The notes beneath the pieces are model-generated. The model worked only from the letters and a program-made list of their open reading frames with translations. It was not told the origin of the DNA and made no database searches. Positions 13,501 to 28,500 of a stretch of 64,000 nucleotides of DNA are shown here, piece after piece. The stretch is from Yuukianura sp. NJ FZ-2021 (Eukaryota): assembly GCA_046563655.1 (NCBI GenBank), contig CM102287.1:1550001-1614000 (forward strand). Direction: 5' to 3'. A program made the position numbers and the translations under genes. How positions within the stretch are numbered: position 1 is the stretch's first letter; every line of letters starts with the position of its first letter.

Positions 13501-16500
13501 ATTGTGATTCAAAGTAGCATGGAATGACTTCTTTGTCACTTTTTTTGCAAAAAAATTGAATTTTTTCACCAAAAATTGAGTTCTAGGCACTTTATGTGGT
13601 GATCGGACACAAATTATCGGATTGCAAAATTGTGATCCAACATAGCCCAGAATGACTTCTTTGTCACTTTTTTTTGCAAAAAAATTGAATTTTTTCACCA
13701 AAAATTGAGTTCTAGGCACTTTATGTGGTGATCGGACTTAAATTTTCGGATTGCAATATTGTGATCCACCATAGCCCAGAATGACTCCTTTGTCACTTTT
13801 TTTGCGAAAAAATTGAATTTTTTCACCAAAAATTGAGTTATAGGCACTTTATATGGTTATCGGACTTAAATTTTTGGATTGAAAAATTGTGATCCACCAT
13901 AGCCCAGAATGACTCCTTTGTCACTTTTTTTGCGAAAAAATTGAATTTTTTCACCAAAAATTGAGTTATAGGCACTTTATATGGTTATCGGACTTAAATT
14001 TTCTGATTGCAAAATTGTGATTCAAAGTAGCATAGAATGACTTCTTTGTCACTTTTTTTGCAAAAAAATTGAATTTTTTCACCAAAAATTGAGTTCTAGG
14101 CACTTTATGTGGTGATCGGACACAAATTATCGGATTGCAAAATTGTGATCCAACATAGCCCAGAATGACTTCTTTGTCACTTTTTTTGCGAAAAAATTGA
14201 ATTTTTTGCGAAAAAATTGAATTTTTTCACCAAAAATTGAGTTCTAGGCACTTTATGTGGTGATCGGACTCAAATTTTCGGATTGCAATATTGTGATCCA
14301 CCATAGCCCAGAATGACTCCTTTCTCACTTTTTTTGCGAAAAAATTGAATTTTTTCACCAAAAATTGAGTTATAGGCACTTTATATGGTTATCGGACTTA
14401 AATTTTCGGATTGAAAAATTGTGATCCACCATAGCCCAGAATGACTCCTTTCTCACTTTTTTTGCGAAAAAATTGAATTTTTTCACCAAAAATTGAGTTA
14501 TAGGCACTTTATGTGGTGATCGGACTTAAATTTTCGGATTGCAATATTGTGATCCAACGTAGCCCAGAATGACTTTGTCCCTTTTTTTGCAAAAAAAATT
14601 GAATTTTTTCACCAAAAATTGAGTTCTAGGCACTTTATGTGGTGATCGGACTCAAATTTTCGGAATGCAAAATTGTGATCCAACGTAGCCCAGAATGACT
14701 TCTTTGTCACTTTTTTTGCGAAAAAATTGAATTTTTTGCGAAAAAAATTGAATTTTTTTCACCAAAAATTGAGTTCTAGGCACTTTATATGGTGATCGGA
14801 CTTAAATTTTCTGATTGCAAAATTGTGATTCAAAGTAGCCCAGAATGACTTCTTTGTCACTTTTTTTGCAAAAAAATTGAATTTTTTCACCAAAAATTGA
14901 GTTCTAGGCACTTTATGTGGTGATCGGACTCAAATTATCGGATTGCAAAATTGTGATCCAACATAGCCCAGAATGACTTCTTTGTCACTTTTTTTGCGAA
15001 AAAATTGAATTTTTTCACCAAAAATTGAGTTCTAGGCACTTTATGTGGTGATCGGACTTAAATTTTCGGATTGCAATATTGTGATCCACCATAGCCCAGA
15101 ATGACTCCTTTGTCACTTTTTTTTGCGAAAAAATTGAATTTTTTCACCAAAAATTGAGTTATAGGCACTTTATATGGTTATCGGACTTAAATTTTTGGAT
15201 TGAAAAATTGTGATCCACCATAGCCCAGAATGACTCCTTTGTCACTTTTTTTGCGAAAAAATTGAATTTTTTCACCAAAAATTGAGTTATAGGCACTTTA
15301 TATGGTTATCGGACTTAAATTTTCTGATTGCAAAATTGTGATTCAAAGTAGCATAGAATGACTTCTTTGTCACTTTTTTTGCAAAAAAATTGAATTTTTT
15401 CACCAAAAATTGAGTTCTAGGCACTTTATGTGGTGATCGGACACAAATTATCGGATTGCAAAATTGTGATCCAACATAGCCCAGAATGACTTCTTTGTCA
15501 CTTTTTTTGCGAAAAATTGAATTTTTTGCGAAAAAATTGAATTTTTTCACCAAAAATTGAATTCTAGGCACTTTATGTGGTGATCGGACTCAAATTTTCG
15601 GATTGCAATATTGTGATCCACCATAGCCCAGAATGACTCCTTTCTCACTTTTTTGCGAAAAAATTGAATTTTTTCACCAAAAATTGAGTTATAGGCACTT
15701 TATATGGTTATCGGACTTAAATTTTCGGATTGAAAAATTGTGATCCACCATAGCCCAGAATGACTCCTTTCTCACTTTTTTTGCGAAAAAATTGAATTTT
15801 TTCACCAAAAATTGAGTTATAGGCACTTTATGTGGTGATCGGACTTAAATTTTCGGATTGCAATATTGTGATCCAACGTAGCCCAGAATGACTTTGTCCC
15901 TTTTTTTGCAAAAAAAATTGAATTTTTTCACCAAAAATTGAGTTCTAGGCACTTTATGTGGTGATCGGACTCAAATTTTCGGAATGCAAAATTGTGATCC
16001 AACGTAGCCCAGAATGACTTCTTTGTCACTTTTTTTGCGAAAAAATTGAATTTTTTGCGAAAAAATTGAATTTTTTCACCAAAAATTGAGTTCTAGGCAC
16101 TTTATATGGTGATCGGACTTAAATTTTCTGATTGCAAAATTGTGATTCAAAGTAGCCCAGAATGACTTCTTTGTCACTTTTTTTGCAAAAAAATTGAATT
16201 TTTTCACCAAAAATTGAGTTCTAGGCACTTTATGTGGTGATCGGACTCAAATTATCGGATTGCAAAATTGTGATCCAACATAGCCCAGAATGACTTCTTT
16301 GTCACTTTTTTTGCGAAAAAATTGAATTTTTTCACCAAAAATTGAGTTCTAGGCACTTTATGTGGTGATCGGACTTAAATTTTCGGATTGCAATATTGTG
16401 ATCCACCATAGCCCAGAATGACTCCTTTGTCACTTTTTTTGCGAAAAAATTGAATTTTTTCACCAAAAATTGAGTTATAGGCACTTTATATGGTTATCGG

Positions 16501-19500
16501 ACTTAAATTTTCGGATTGCAATATTGTGATCCACCATAGCCCAGAATGACTCCTTTGTCACTTTTTTTGCGAAAAAATTGAATTTTTTCACCAAAAATTG
16601 AGTTATAGGCACTTTATATGGTTATCGGACTTAAATTTTTGGATTGAAAAATTGTGATCCAACGTAGCCCAGAATGACTTTGTCCCTTTTTTTGCAAAAA
16701 ATTGAATTTTTTCACCAAAAATTGAGTTCTAGGCACTTTATGTGGTGATCGGACTCAAATTTTCGGATTGCAAAATTGTGATCCAACGTAGCCCAGAATG
16801 ACTTCTTTGTCACTTTTTTTGCGAAAAAATTGAATTTTTTGCGAAAAAATTGAATTTTTTTCACCAAAAATTGAGTTCTAGGAACTTTATATGGTGATCG
16901 GACTTAAATTTTCTGATTGCAAAATTGTGATTCAAAGTAGCATGGAATGACTTCTTTGTCACTTTTTTTGCAAAAAAATTGAATTTTTTCACCAAAAATT
17001 GAGTTCTAGGCACTTTATGTGGTGATCGGACACAAATTATCGGATTGCAAAATTGTGATCCAACATAGCCCAGAATGACTTCTTTGTCACTTTTTTTTGC
17101 GAAAAAATTGAATTTTTTCACCAAAAATTGAGTTCTAGGCACTTTATGTGGTGATCGGACTTAAATTTTCTGATTGCAATATTGTGATCCACCATAGCCC
17201 AGAATGACTCCTTTCTCACTTTTTTTGCGAAAAAATTGAATTTTTTCACCAAAAATTGAGTTATAGGCACTTTATATGGTGATCGGACTTAAATTTTCGG
17301 ATTGAAAAATTGTGATCCAACGTAGCCCAGAATGACTTTGTCCCTTTTTTTGCAAAAAAAAATGAATTTTTTCACCAAAAATTGAGTTCTAGGCACTTTA
17401 TGTGGTGATCGGACTCAAATTTTCGGATTGCAAAATTGTGATCCAACGTAGCCCAGAATGACTTCTTTGTCACTTTTTTTGCAAAAAAATTGAATTTTTT
17501 CACCAAAAATTGAGTTCTAGGCACTTTATGTGGTGATCGGACTCAAATTATCGGATTGCAAAATTGTGATCCAACATAGCCCAGAATGACTTCTTTGTCA
17601 CTTTTTTTTGCGAAAAAATTGAATTTTTTGCGAAAAAATTGAATTTTTTCACCAAAAATTGAGTTCTAGGCACTTTATGTGGTGATCGGACTCAAATTTT
17701 CGGATTGCAATATTGTGATCCACCATAGCCCAGAATGACTCCTTTGTCACTTTTTTTGCGAAAAAATTGAATTTTTTCACCAAAAATTGAGTTATAGGCA
17801 CTTTATATTTTTATCGGACTTAAATTTTTGGATTGAAAAATTGTGATCCAACGTAGCCCAGAATGACTTTGTCCCTTTTTTTGCAAAAAAAAATGAATTT
17901 TTTCACCAAAAATTGAGTTCTAGGCACTTTATGTGGTGATCGGACTCAAATTTTCGGATTGCAAAATTGTGATCCAACGTAGCCCAGAATGACTTCTTTG
18001 TCACTTTTTTTGCAAAAAAATTGAATTTTTTCACCAAAAATTGAGTTCTAGGCACTTTATGTGGTGATCGGACTCAAATTATCGGATTGCAAAATTGTGA
18101 TCCAACATAGCCCAGAATGACTTCTTTGTCACTTTTTTTGCGAAAAAATTGAATTTTTTGCGAAAAAATTGAATTTTTTCACCAAAAATTGAGTTCTAGG
18201 CACTTTATGTGGTGATCGGACTCAAATTTTCGGATTGCAATATTGTGATCCACCATAGCCCAGAATGACTCCTTTGTCACTTTTTTTGCGAAAAAATTGA
18301 ATTTTTTCACCAAAAATTGAGTTATAGGCACTTTATATTTTTATCGGACTTAAATTTTTGGATTGAAAAATTGTGATCCAACGTAGCCCAGAATGACTTT
18401 GTCCCTTTTTTTGTAAAAAAATTGAATTTTTTCACCAAAAATTGAGTTCTAGGCACTTTATGTGGTGACCGGACTCAAATTTTCGGATTGCAAAATTGTG
18501 ATCCAACGTAGCCCAGAATGACTTCTTTGTCACTTTTTTTGCGAAAAAATTGAATTTTTTCACCAAAAATTGAGTTCTAGGCACTTTATATGGTGATCGG
18601 ACTTAAATTTTCTGATTGCAAAATTGTGATTCAAAGTAGCATAGAATGACTTCTTTGTCACTTTTTTTGCAAAAAAATTGAATTTTTTCACCAAAAATTG
18701 AGTTCTAGGCACTTTATGTGGTGATCGGACACAAATTATCGGATTGCAAAATTGTGATCCAACATAGCCCAGAATGACTTCTTTGTCACTTTTTTTTGCG
18801 AAAAAATTGAATTTTTTGCGAAAAAATTGAATTTTTTTCACCAAAAATTGAGTTCTAGGCACTTTATGTGGTGATCGGACTTAAATTTTCGGATTGCAAT
18901 ATTGTGATCCACCATAGCCCAGAATGACTCCTTTCTCACTTTTTTTGCGAAAAAATTGAATTTTTTCACCAAAAATTGAGTTATAGGCACTTTATATGGT
19001 TATCGGACTTAAATTTTCGGATTGAAAAATTGTGATCCAACGTAGCCCAGAATGACTTTGTCCCTTTTTTTGCAAAAAATTGAATTTTTTCACCAAAAAT
19101 TGAGTTCTAGGCACTTTATGTGGTGATCGGACTCAAATTTTCGGAATGCAAAATTGTGATCCAACGTAGCCCAGAATGACTTCTTTGTCACTTTTTTTGC
19201 GAAAAAATTGAATTTTTTGCGAAAAAATTGAATTTTTTCACCAAAAATTGAGTTCTAGGCACTTTATATGGTGATCGGACTTAAATTTTCTGATTGCAAA
19301 ATTGTGATTCAAAGTAGCCCAGAATGACTTCTTTGTCACTTTTTTTGCAAAAAAATTGAATTTTTTCACCAAAAATTGAGTTCTAGGCACTTTATGTGGT
19401 GATCGGACTCAAATTATCGGATTGCAAAATTGTGATCCAACATAGCCCAGAATGACTTCTTTGTCACTTTTTTTGCGAAAAAATTGAATTTTTTCACCAA

Positions 19501-22500
19501 AAATTGAGTTCTAGGCACTTTATGTGGTGATCGGACTTAAATTTTCGGATTGCAATATTGTGATCCACCATAGCCCAGAATGACTCCTTTGTCACTTTTT
19601 TTGCGAAAAAATTGAATTTTGTCACCAAAAATTGAGTTAGAGGCACTTTATATGGTTATCGGACTTAAATTTTTGGATTGAAAAATTGTGATCCAACGTA
19701 GCCCAGAATGACTTTGTCCCTTTTTTTGCAAAAAAATTGAATTTTTTCACCAAAAATTGAGTTCTAGGCACTTTATGTGGTGATCGGACTCAAATTTTCG
19801 GATTGCAAAATTGTGATCCAACGTAGCCCAGAATGACTTCTTTGTCACTTTTTTTGCGAAAAAATTGAATTTTTTGCGAAAAAATTGAATTTTTTTCACC
19901 AAAAATTGAGTTCTAGGAACTTTATATGGTGATCGGACTTAAATTTTCTGATTGCAAAATTGTGATTCAAAGTAGCATGGAATGACTTCTTTGTCACTTT
20001 TTTTTGCAAAAAAATTGAATTTTTTCACCAAAAATTGAGTCCTAGGCACTTTATGTGGTGATCGGACACAAATTATCGGATTGCAAAATTGTGATCCAAC
20101 ATAGCCCAGAATGACTTCTTTGTCACTTTTTTTTGCGAAAAAATTGAATTTTTTCACCAAAAATTGAGTTCTAGGCACTTTATGTGGTGATCGGACTTAA
20201 ATTTTCTGATTGCAATATTGTGATCCACCATAGCCCAGAATGACTCCTTTCTCACTTTTTTTGCGAAAAAATTGAATTTTTTCACCAAAAATTGAGTTAT
20301 AGGCACTTTATATGGTGATCGGACTTAAATTTTCGGATTGAAAAATTGTGATCCAACGTAGCCCAGAATGACTTTGTCCCTTTTTTTTGCAAAAAAATTT
20401 AATTTTTTCACCAAAAATTGAGTTCTAGGCACTTTATGTGGTGATCGGACTCAAATTATCGAATTGCAAAATTGTGATCCAACATAGCCCGGAATGACTC
20501 CTTTGTCACTTTTTTTGCGAAAAAATTGAATTTTTTGCGAAAAAATTGAATTTTTTCACCAAAAATTGAGTTCTAGGCACTTTATGTGGTGATCGGACTC
20601 AAATTTTCGGATTGCAATATTGTGATCCACCATAGCCCAGAATGACTCCTTTGTCACTTTTTTTGCGAAAAAATTGAATTTTTTCACCAAAAATTGAGTT
20701 ATAGGCACTTTATATGGTTATCGGACTTAAATTTTTGGATTGAAAAATTGTGATCCAACGTAGCCCAGAATGACTTTGTCCCTTTTTTTGTAAAAAAATT
20801 GAATTTTTTCACCAAAAATTGAGTTCTAGGCACTTTATGTGGTGATCGGACTCAAATTTTCGGATTGCAAAATTGTGATCCAACGTAGCCCAGAATGACT
20901 TCTTTGTCACTTTTTTTGCGAAAAAATTGAATTTTTTCACCAAAAATTGAGTTCTAGGCACTTTATATGGTGATCGGACTTAAATTTTCTGATTGCAAAA
21001 TTGTGATTCAAAGTAGCATAGAATGACTTCTTTGTCACTTTTTTTGCAAAAAAATTGAATTTTTTCACCAAAAATTGAGTTCTAGGCACTTTATGTGGTG
21101 ATCGGACACAAATTATCGGATTGCAAAATTGTGATCCAACATAGCCCAGAATGACTTCTTTGTCACTTTTTTTGCGAAAAAATTGAATTTTTTGCGAAAA
21201 AATTGAATTTTTCACCAAAAATTGAGTTCTAGGCACTTTATGTGGTGATCGGACTTAAATTTTCGGATTGCAATATTGTGATCCACCATAGCCCAGAATG
21301 ACTCCTTTCTCACTTTTTTTGCGAAAAAATTGAATTTTTTCACCAAAAATTGAGTTATAGGCACTTTATATGGTTATCGGACTTAAATTTTCGGATTGAA
21401 AAATTGTGATCCAACGTAGCCCAGAATGACTTTGTCCCTTTTTTTGCAAAAAAATTGAATTTTTTTCACCAAAAATTGAGTTCTAGGCACTTTATGTGGT
21501 GATCGGACTCAAATTTTCGGAATGCAAAATTGTGATCCAACGTAGCCCAGAATGACTTCTTTGTCACTTTTTTTGCGAAAAATTGAATTTTTTGCGAAAA
21601 AATTGAATTTTTCACCAAAAATTGAGTTCTAGGCACTTTATATGGTGATCGGACTTAAATTTTCTGATTGCAAAATTGTGATTCAAAGTAGCCCAGAATG
21701 ACTTCTTTGTCACTTTTTTTGCAAAAAAATTGAATTTTTTCACCAAAAATTGAGTTCTAGGCACTTTATGTGGTGATCGGACTCAAATTATCGGATTGCA
21801 AAATTGTGATCCAACATAGCCCAGAATGACTTCTTTGTCACTTTTTTTGCGAAAAAATTGAATTTTTTCACCAAAAATTGAGTTCTAGGCACTTTATGTG
21901 GTGATCGGACTTAAATTTTCGGATTGCAAAATTGTGATTCAAAGTAGCCCAGAATGACTTCTTTGTCACTTTTTTTGCAAAAAAATTGAATTTTTTCACC
22001 AAAAATTGAGTTCTAGGCACTTTATGTGGTGATCGGACTCAATTTATCGGATTGCAATATTGTGATCCACCATAGCCCAGAATGACTTCTTTGTCACTTT
22101 TTTTGCGAAAAAATTGAATTTTTTGCGAAAAAATTGAATTTTTTTCACCAAAAATTGAGTTCTAGGCACTTTATATGGTGATCGGACATAAATTTTCTGA
22201 TTGCAAAATTGTGATTCAAAGTAGCATGGAATGACTTCTTTGTCACTTTTTTTTGCAAAAAAATTGAATTTTTTCACCAAAAATTGAGTCCTAGGCACTT
22301 TATGTGGTGATCGGACACAAATTATCGGATTGCAAAATTGTGATCCAACATAGCCCAGAATGACTTCTTTGTCACTTTTTTTGCGAAAAAATTGAATTTT
22401 TTCACCAAAAATTGAGTTCTAGGCACTTTATGTGGTGATCGGACTTAAATTTTCTGATTGCAATATTGTGATCCACCATAGCCCAGAATGACTCCTTTCT

Positions 22501-25500
22501 CACTTTTTTTGCGAAAAAATTGAATTTTTTCACCAAAAATTGAGTTATAGGCACTTTATATGGTGATCGGACTTAAATTTTCGGATTGAAAAATTGTGAT
22601 CCAACGTAGCCCAGAATGACTTTGTCCCTTTTTTTGCAAAAAAAATTGAATTTTGTCACCAAAAATTGAGTTCTAGGCACTTTATGTGGTGATCGGACTC
22701 AAATTATCGAATTGCAAAATTGTGATCCAACATAGCCCAGAATGACTTCTTTGTCACTTTTTTTTGCGAAAAATTGAATTTTTTGCGAAAAAATTGAATT
22801 TTTTCACCAAAAATTGAGTTCTAGGCACTTTATGTGGTGATCGGACTCAAATTTTCGGATTGCAATATTGTGATCCACCATAGCCCAGAATGACTCCTTT
22901 GTCACTTTTTTTGCGAAAAAATTGAATTTTTTCACCAAAAATTGAGTTATAGGCACTTTATATGGTTATCGGACTTAAATTTTTGGATTGAAAAATTGTG
23001 ATCCAACGTAGCCCAGAATGACTTTGTCCCTTTTTTTGTAAAAAAATTGAATTTTTTCACCAAAAATTGAGTTCTAGGCACTTTATGTGGTGATCGGACT
23101 CAAATTTTCGGATTGCAAAATTGTGATCCAACGTAGCCCAGAATGACTTCTTTGTCATTTTTTTTGCGAAAAAATTGAATTTTTTCACCAAAAATTGAGT
23201 TCTAGGCACTTTATATGGTGATCGGACTTAAATTTTCTGATTGCAAAATTGTGATTCAAAGTAGCATAGAATGACTTCTTTGTCACTTTTTTTGCAAAAA
23301 AATTGAATTTTTTCACCAAAAATTGAGTTCTAGGCACTTTATGTGGTGATCGGACACAAATTATCGGATTGCAAAATTGTGATCCAACATAGCCCAGAAT
23401 GACTTCTTTGTCACTTTTTTTGCGAAAAAATTGAATTTTTTGCGAAAAAATTGAATTTTTTCACCAAAAATTGAGTTCTAGGCACTTTATGTGGTGATCG
23501 GACTTAAATTTTCGGATTGCAATATTGTGATCCACCATAGCCCAGAATGACTCCTTTCTCACTTTTTTTGCGAAAAAATTGAATTTTTTCACCAAAAATT
23601 GAGTTATAGGCACTTTATATGGTTATCGGACTTAAATTTTCGGATTGAAAAATTGTGATCCAACGTAGCCCAGAATGACTTTGTCCCTTTTTTTGCAAAA
23701 AAATTGAATTTTTCACCAAAAATTGAGTTCTAGGCACTTTATGTGGTGATCGGACTCAAATTTTCGGAATGCAAAATTGTGATCCAACGTAGCCCAGAAT
23801 GACTTCTTTGTCACTTTTTTTGCGAAAAAATTGAATTTTTTGCGAAAAAAATTGAATTTTTCACCAAAAATTGAGTTCTAGGCACTTTATATGGTGATCG
23901 GACTTAAATTTTCTGATTGCAAAATTGTGATTCAAAGTAGCCCAGAATGACTTCTTTGTCACTTTTTTTGCAAAAAAATTGAATTTTTTCACCAAAAATT
24001 GAGTTCTAGGCACTTTATGTGGTGATCGGACTCAAATTATCGGATTGCAAAATTGTGATCCAACATAGCCCAGAATGACTTCTTTGTCACTTTTTTTGCG
24101 AAAAAATTGAATTTTTTGCGAAAAAATTGAATTTTTTCACCAAAAATTGAGTTCTAGGCACTTTATGTGGTGATCGGACTCAAATTTTCGGATTGCAATA
24201 TTGTGATCCACCATAGCCCAGAATGACTCCTTTGTCACTTTTTTTGCGAAAAAATTGAATTTTTTCACCAAAAATTGAGTTATAGGCACTTTATATGGTT
24301 ATCGGACTTAAATTTTTGGATTGAAAAATTGTGATCCAACGTAGCCCAGAATGACTTTGTCCCTTTTTTTGTAAAAAAATTGAATTTTTTCACCAAAAAT
24401 TGAGTTCTAGGCACTTTATGTGGTGATCGGACTCAAATTTTCGGATTGCAAAATTGTGATCCAACGTAGCCCAGAATGACTTCTTTGTCACTTTTTTTGC
24501 GAAAAAAATTGAATTTTTTCACCAAAAATTGAGTTCTAGGCACTTTATATGGTGATCGGACTTAAATTTTCTGATTGCAAAATTGTGATTCAAAGTAGCA
24601 TAGAATGACTTCTTTGTCACTTTTTTTGCAAAAAAATTGAATTTTTTCACCAAAAATTGAGTTCTAGGCACTTTATGTGGTGATCGGACACAAATTATCG
24701 GATTGCAAAATTGTGATCCAACATAGCCCAGAATGACTTCTTTGTCACTTTTTTTGCGAAAAAATTGAATTTTTTGCGAAAAAATTGAATTTTTTCACCA
24801 AAAATTGAGTTCTAGGCACTTTATGTGGTGATCGGACTTAAATTTTCGGATTGCAATATTGTGATCCACCATAGCCCAGAATGACTCCTTTCTCACTTTT
24901 TTTGCGAAAAAATTGAATTTTTTCACCAAAAATTGAGTTATAGGCACTTTATATGGTTATCGGACTTAAATTTTCGGATTGAAAAATTGTGATCCAACGT
25001 AGCCCAGAATGACTTTGTCCCTTTTTTTGCAAAAAAATTGAATTTTTTCACCAAAAATTGAGTTCTAGGCACTTTATGTGGTGATCGGACTCAAATTTTC
25101 GGAATGCAAAATTGTGATCCAACGTAGCCCAGAATGACTTCTTTGTCACTTTTTTTGCGAAAAAATTGAATTTTTTGCGAAAAAATTGAATTTTTTTCAC
25201 CAAAAATTGAGTTCTAGGCACTTTATATGGTGATCGGACTTAAATTTTCTGATTGCAAAATTGTGATTCAAAGTAGCCCAGAATGACTTCTTTGTCACTT
25301 TTTTTGCAAAAAAATTGAATTTTTTCACCAAAAATTGAGTTCTAGGCACTTTATGTGGTGATCGGACTCAAATTATCGGATTGCAAAATTGTGATCCAAC
25401 ATAGCCCAGAATGACTTCTTTGTCACTTTTTTTGCGAAAAAATTGAATTTTTTCACCAAAAATTGAGTTCTAGGCACTTTATGTGGTGATCGGACTTAAA

Positions 25501-28500
25501 TTTTCGGATTGCAATATTGTGATCCACCATAGCCCAGAATGACTCCTTTGTCACTTTTTTTGCGAAAAAATTGAATTTTTTCACAAAAAATTGAGTTATA
25601 GGCACTTTATATGGTTATCGGACTTAAATTTTTGGATTGAAAAATTGTGATCCAACGTAGCCCAGAATGACTTTGTCCCTTTTTTTGCAAAAAAATTGAA
25701 TTTTTTCACCAAAAATTGAGTTCTAGGCACTTTATGTGGTGATCGGACTCAAATTTTCGGATTGCAAAATTGTGATCCAACGTAGCCCAGAATGACTTCT
25801 TTGTCACTTTTTTTGCGAAAAAATTGAATTTTTTGCGAAAAAATTGAATTTTTTTCACCAAAAATTGAGTTCTAGGAACTTTATGTGGTGATCGGACTCA
25901 AATTTTCTGATTGCAAAATTGTGATTCAAAGTAGCATGGAATGACTTCTTTGTCACTTTTTTTGCAAAAAAATTGAATTTTTTCACCAAAAATTGAGTTC
26001 TAGGCACTTTATGTGGTGATCGGACTCAAATTATCGGATTGCAAAATTGTGATCCAACATAGCCCAGAATGACTTCTTTGTCACTTTTTTTTGCGAAAAA
26101 ATTGAATTTTTTGCGAAAAAATTGAATTTTTTCACCAAAAATTGAGTTCTAGGCACTTTATGTGGTGATCGGACTCAAATTTTCGGATTGCAATATTGTG
26201 ATCCACCATAGCCCAGAATGACTCCTTTGTCACTTTTTTTGCGAAAAAATTGAATTTTTTCACCAAAAATTGAGTTCTAGGCACTTTATGTGGTGATCGG
26301 ACTTAAATTTTCGGATTGCAAAATTGTGATCCAACATAGCCCAGAATGACTTCTTTGTCACTTTTTTGCGAAAAAATTTAATTTTTTCACCAAAAATTGA
26401 GTTCTAGGCACTTTATGTGGTGATCGGACTTAAATTTTCGGATTGCAAAATTGTGATCCAACATAGCCCAGAATGACTTCTTTGTCACTTTTTTTGCGAA
26501 AAAATTGAATTTTTTCACCAAAAATTGAGTTCTAGGCACTTTATGTGGTGATCGGACTCAATTTATCGGATTGCAATATTGTGATCCACCATAGCCCAGA
26601 ATGACTTCTTTGTCACTTTTTTTGCGAAAAAATTGAATTTTTTCACCAAAAATTGAGTTCTAGGCACTTTATATGGTGATCGGACTTAAATTTTCTGATT
26701 GCAAAATTGTGATTCAAAGTAGCATAGAGTGACTTCTTTGTCACTTTTTTTGCAAAAAAATTGAATTTTTTCACCAAAAATTGAGTTCTAGGCACTTTAT
26801 GTGGTGATCGGACACAAATTATCGGATTGCAAAATTGTGATCCAACATAGCCCAGAATGACTCCTTTCTCACTTTTTTTGCGAAAAAATTGAATTTTTTC
26901 ACCAAAAATTGAGTTATAGGCACTTTATATGGTGATCGGACTTAAATTTTCGGATTGAAAAATTGTGATCCAACGTAGCCCAGAATGACTTTGTCCCTTT
27001 TTTTGCAAAAAAAATTGAATTTTTTCACCAAAAATTGAGTTCTAGGCACTTTATGTGGTGATCGGACTCAAATTTTCGGATTGCAAAATTGTGATCCAAC
27101 GTAGCCCAGAATGACTTCTTTGTCACTTTTTTTGCAAAAAAATTGAATTTTTTCACCAAAAATTGAGTTCTAGGCACTTTATGTGGTGTTCGGACTCAAA
27201 TTATCGGATTGCAAAATTGTGATCCAACATAGCCCAGAATGACTTCTTTGTCACTTTTTTTGCGAAAAAATTGAATTTTTTGCGAAAAAATTGAATTTTT
27301 CACCAAAAATTGAGTTCTAGGCACTTTATGTGGTGATCGGACTCAAATTTTCGGATTGCAATATTGTGATCCACCATAGCCCAGAATGACTCCTTTGTCA
27401 CTTTTTTTGCGAAAAAATTGAATTTTTTCACCAAAAATTGAGTTCTAGGCACTTTATGTGGTGATCGGACTTAAATTTTCGGATTGAAAAATTGTGATTC
27501 AAAGTAGCCCAGAATGACTTCTTTGTCCCTTTTTTTGCAAAAAAATTGAATTTTTTCACCAAAAATTAAGTTCTAGGCACTTTATGTGGTGATCGGACTC
27601 AAATTTTCGGATTGCAAAATTGTGATCCAACATAGCCCAGAATGACTTCTTTGTCACTTTTTTTGCGAAAAAATTGAATTTTTTCACCAAAAATTGAGTT
27701 CTAGGCACTTTATGTGGTGATCGGACTCAATTTATCGGATTGCAATATTGTGATCCACCATAGCCCAGAATGACTTCTTTGTCACTTTTTTTGCGAAAAA
27801 ATTGAATTTTTTGCGAAAAAATTGAATTTTTTTCACCAAAAATTGAGTTCTAGGCACTTTATATGGTGATCGGACTTAAATTTTCTGATTGCAAAATTGT
27901 GATTCAAAGTAGCCCAGAATGACTTCTTTGTCACTTTTTTTGAAAAAAAATTGAATTTTTTCACCAAAAATTGAGTTCTAGGCACTTTATATGGTGATCG
28001 GACTTAAATTTTCTGATTGCAAAATTGTGATTCAAAGTAGCATAGAAGTGACTTCTTTGTCACTTTTTTTGCAAAAAAATTGAATTTTTTCACCAAAAAT
28101 TGAGTTCTAGGCACTTTATATGGTTATCGGACTTAAATTTTCTGATTGCAAAATTGTGATCCAACATAGCCCAGAATGACTTCTTTGTCACTTTTTTTTG
28201 CGAAAAAATTGAATTTTTTGCGAAAAAATTGAATTTTTTTCACCAAAAATTGAGTTCTAGGCACTTTATATGGTGATCGGACTTAAATTTTCTGATTGCA
28301 AAATTGTGATTCAAAGTAGCATAGAATGACTTCTTTGTCACTTTTTTTTGCAAAAAAATTGAATTTTTTCACCAAAAATTGAGTTATAGGCACTTTATAT
28401 GGTGATCGGACTTAAATTTTCGGATTGAAAAATTGTGATCCAACGTAGCCCAGAATGACTTTGTCCCTTTTTTTGCAAAAAATTGAATTTTTTCACCAAA

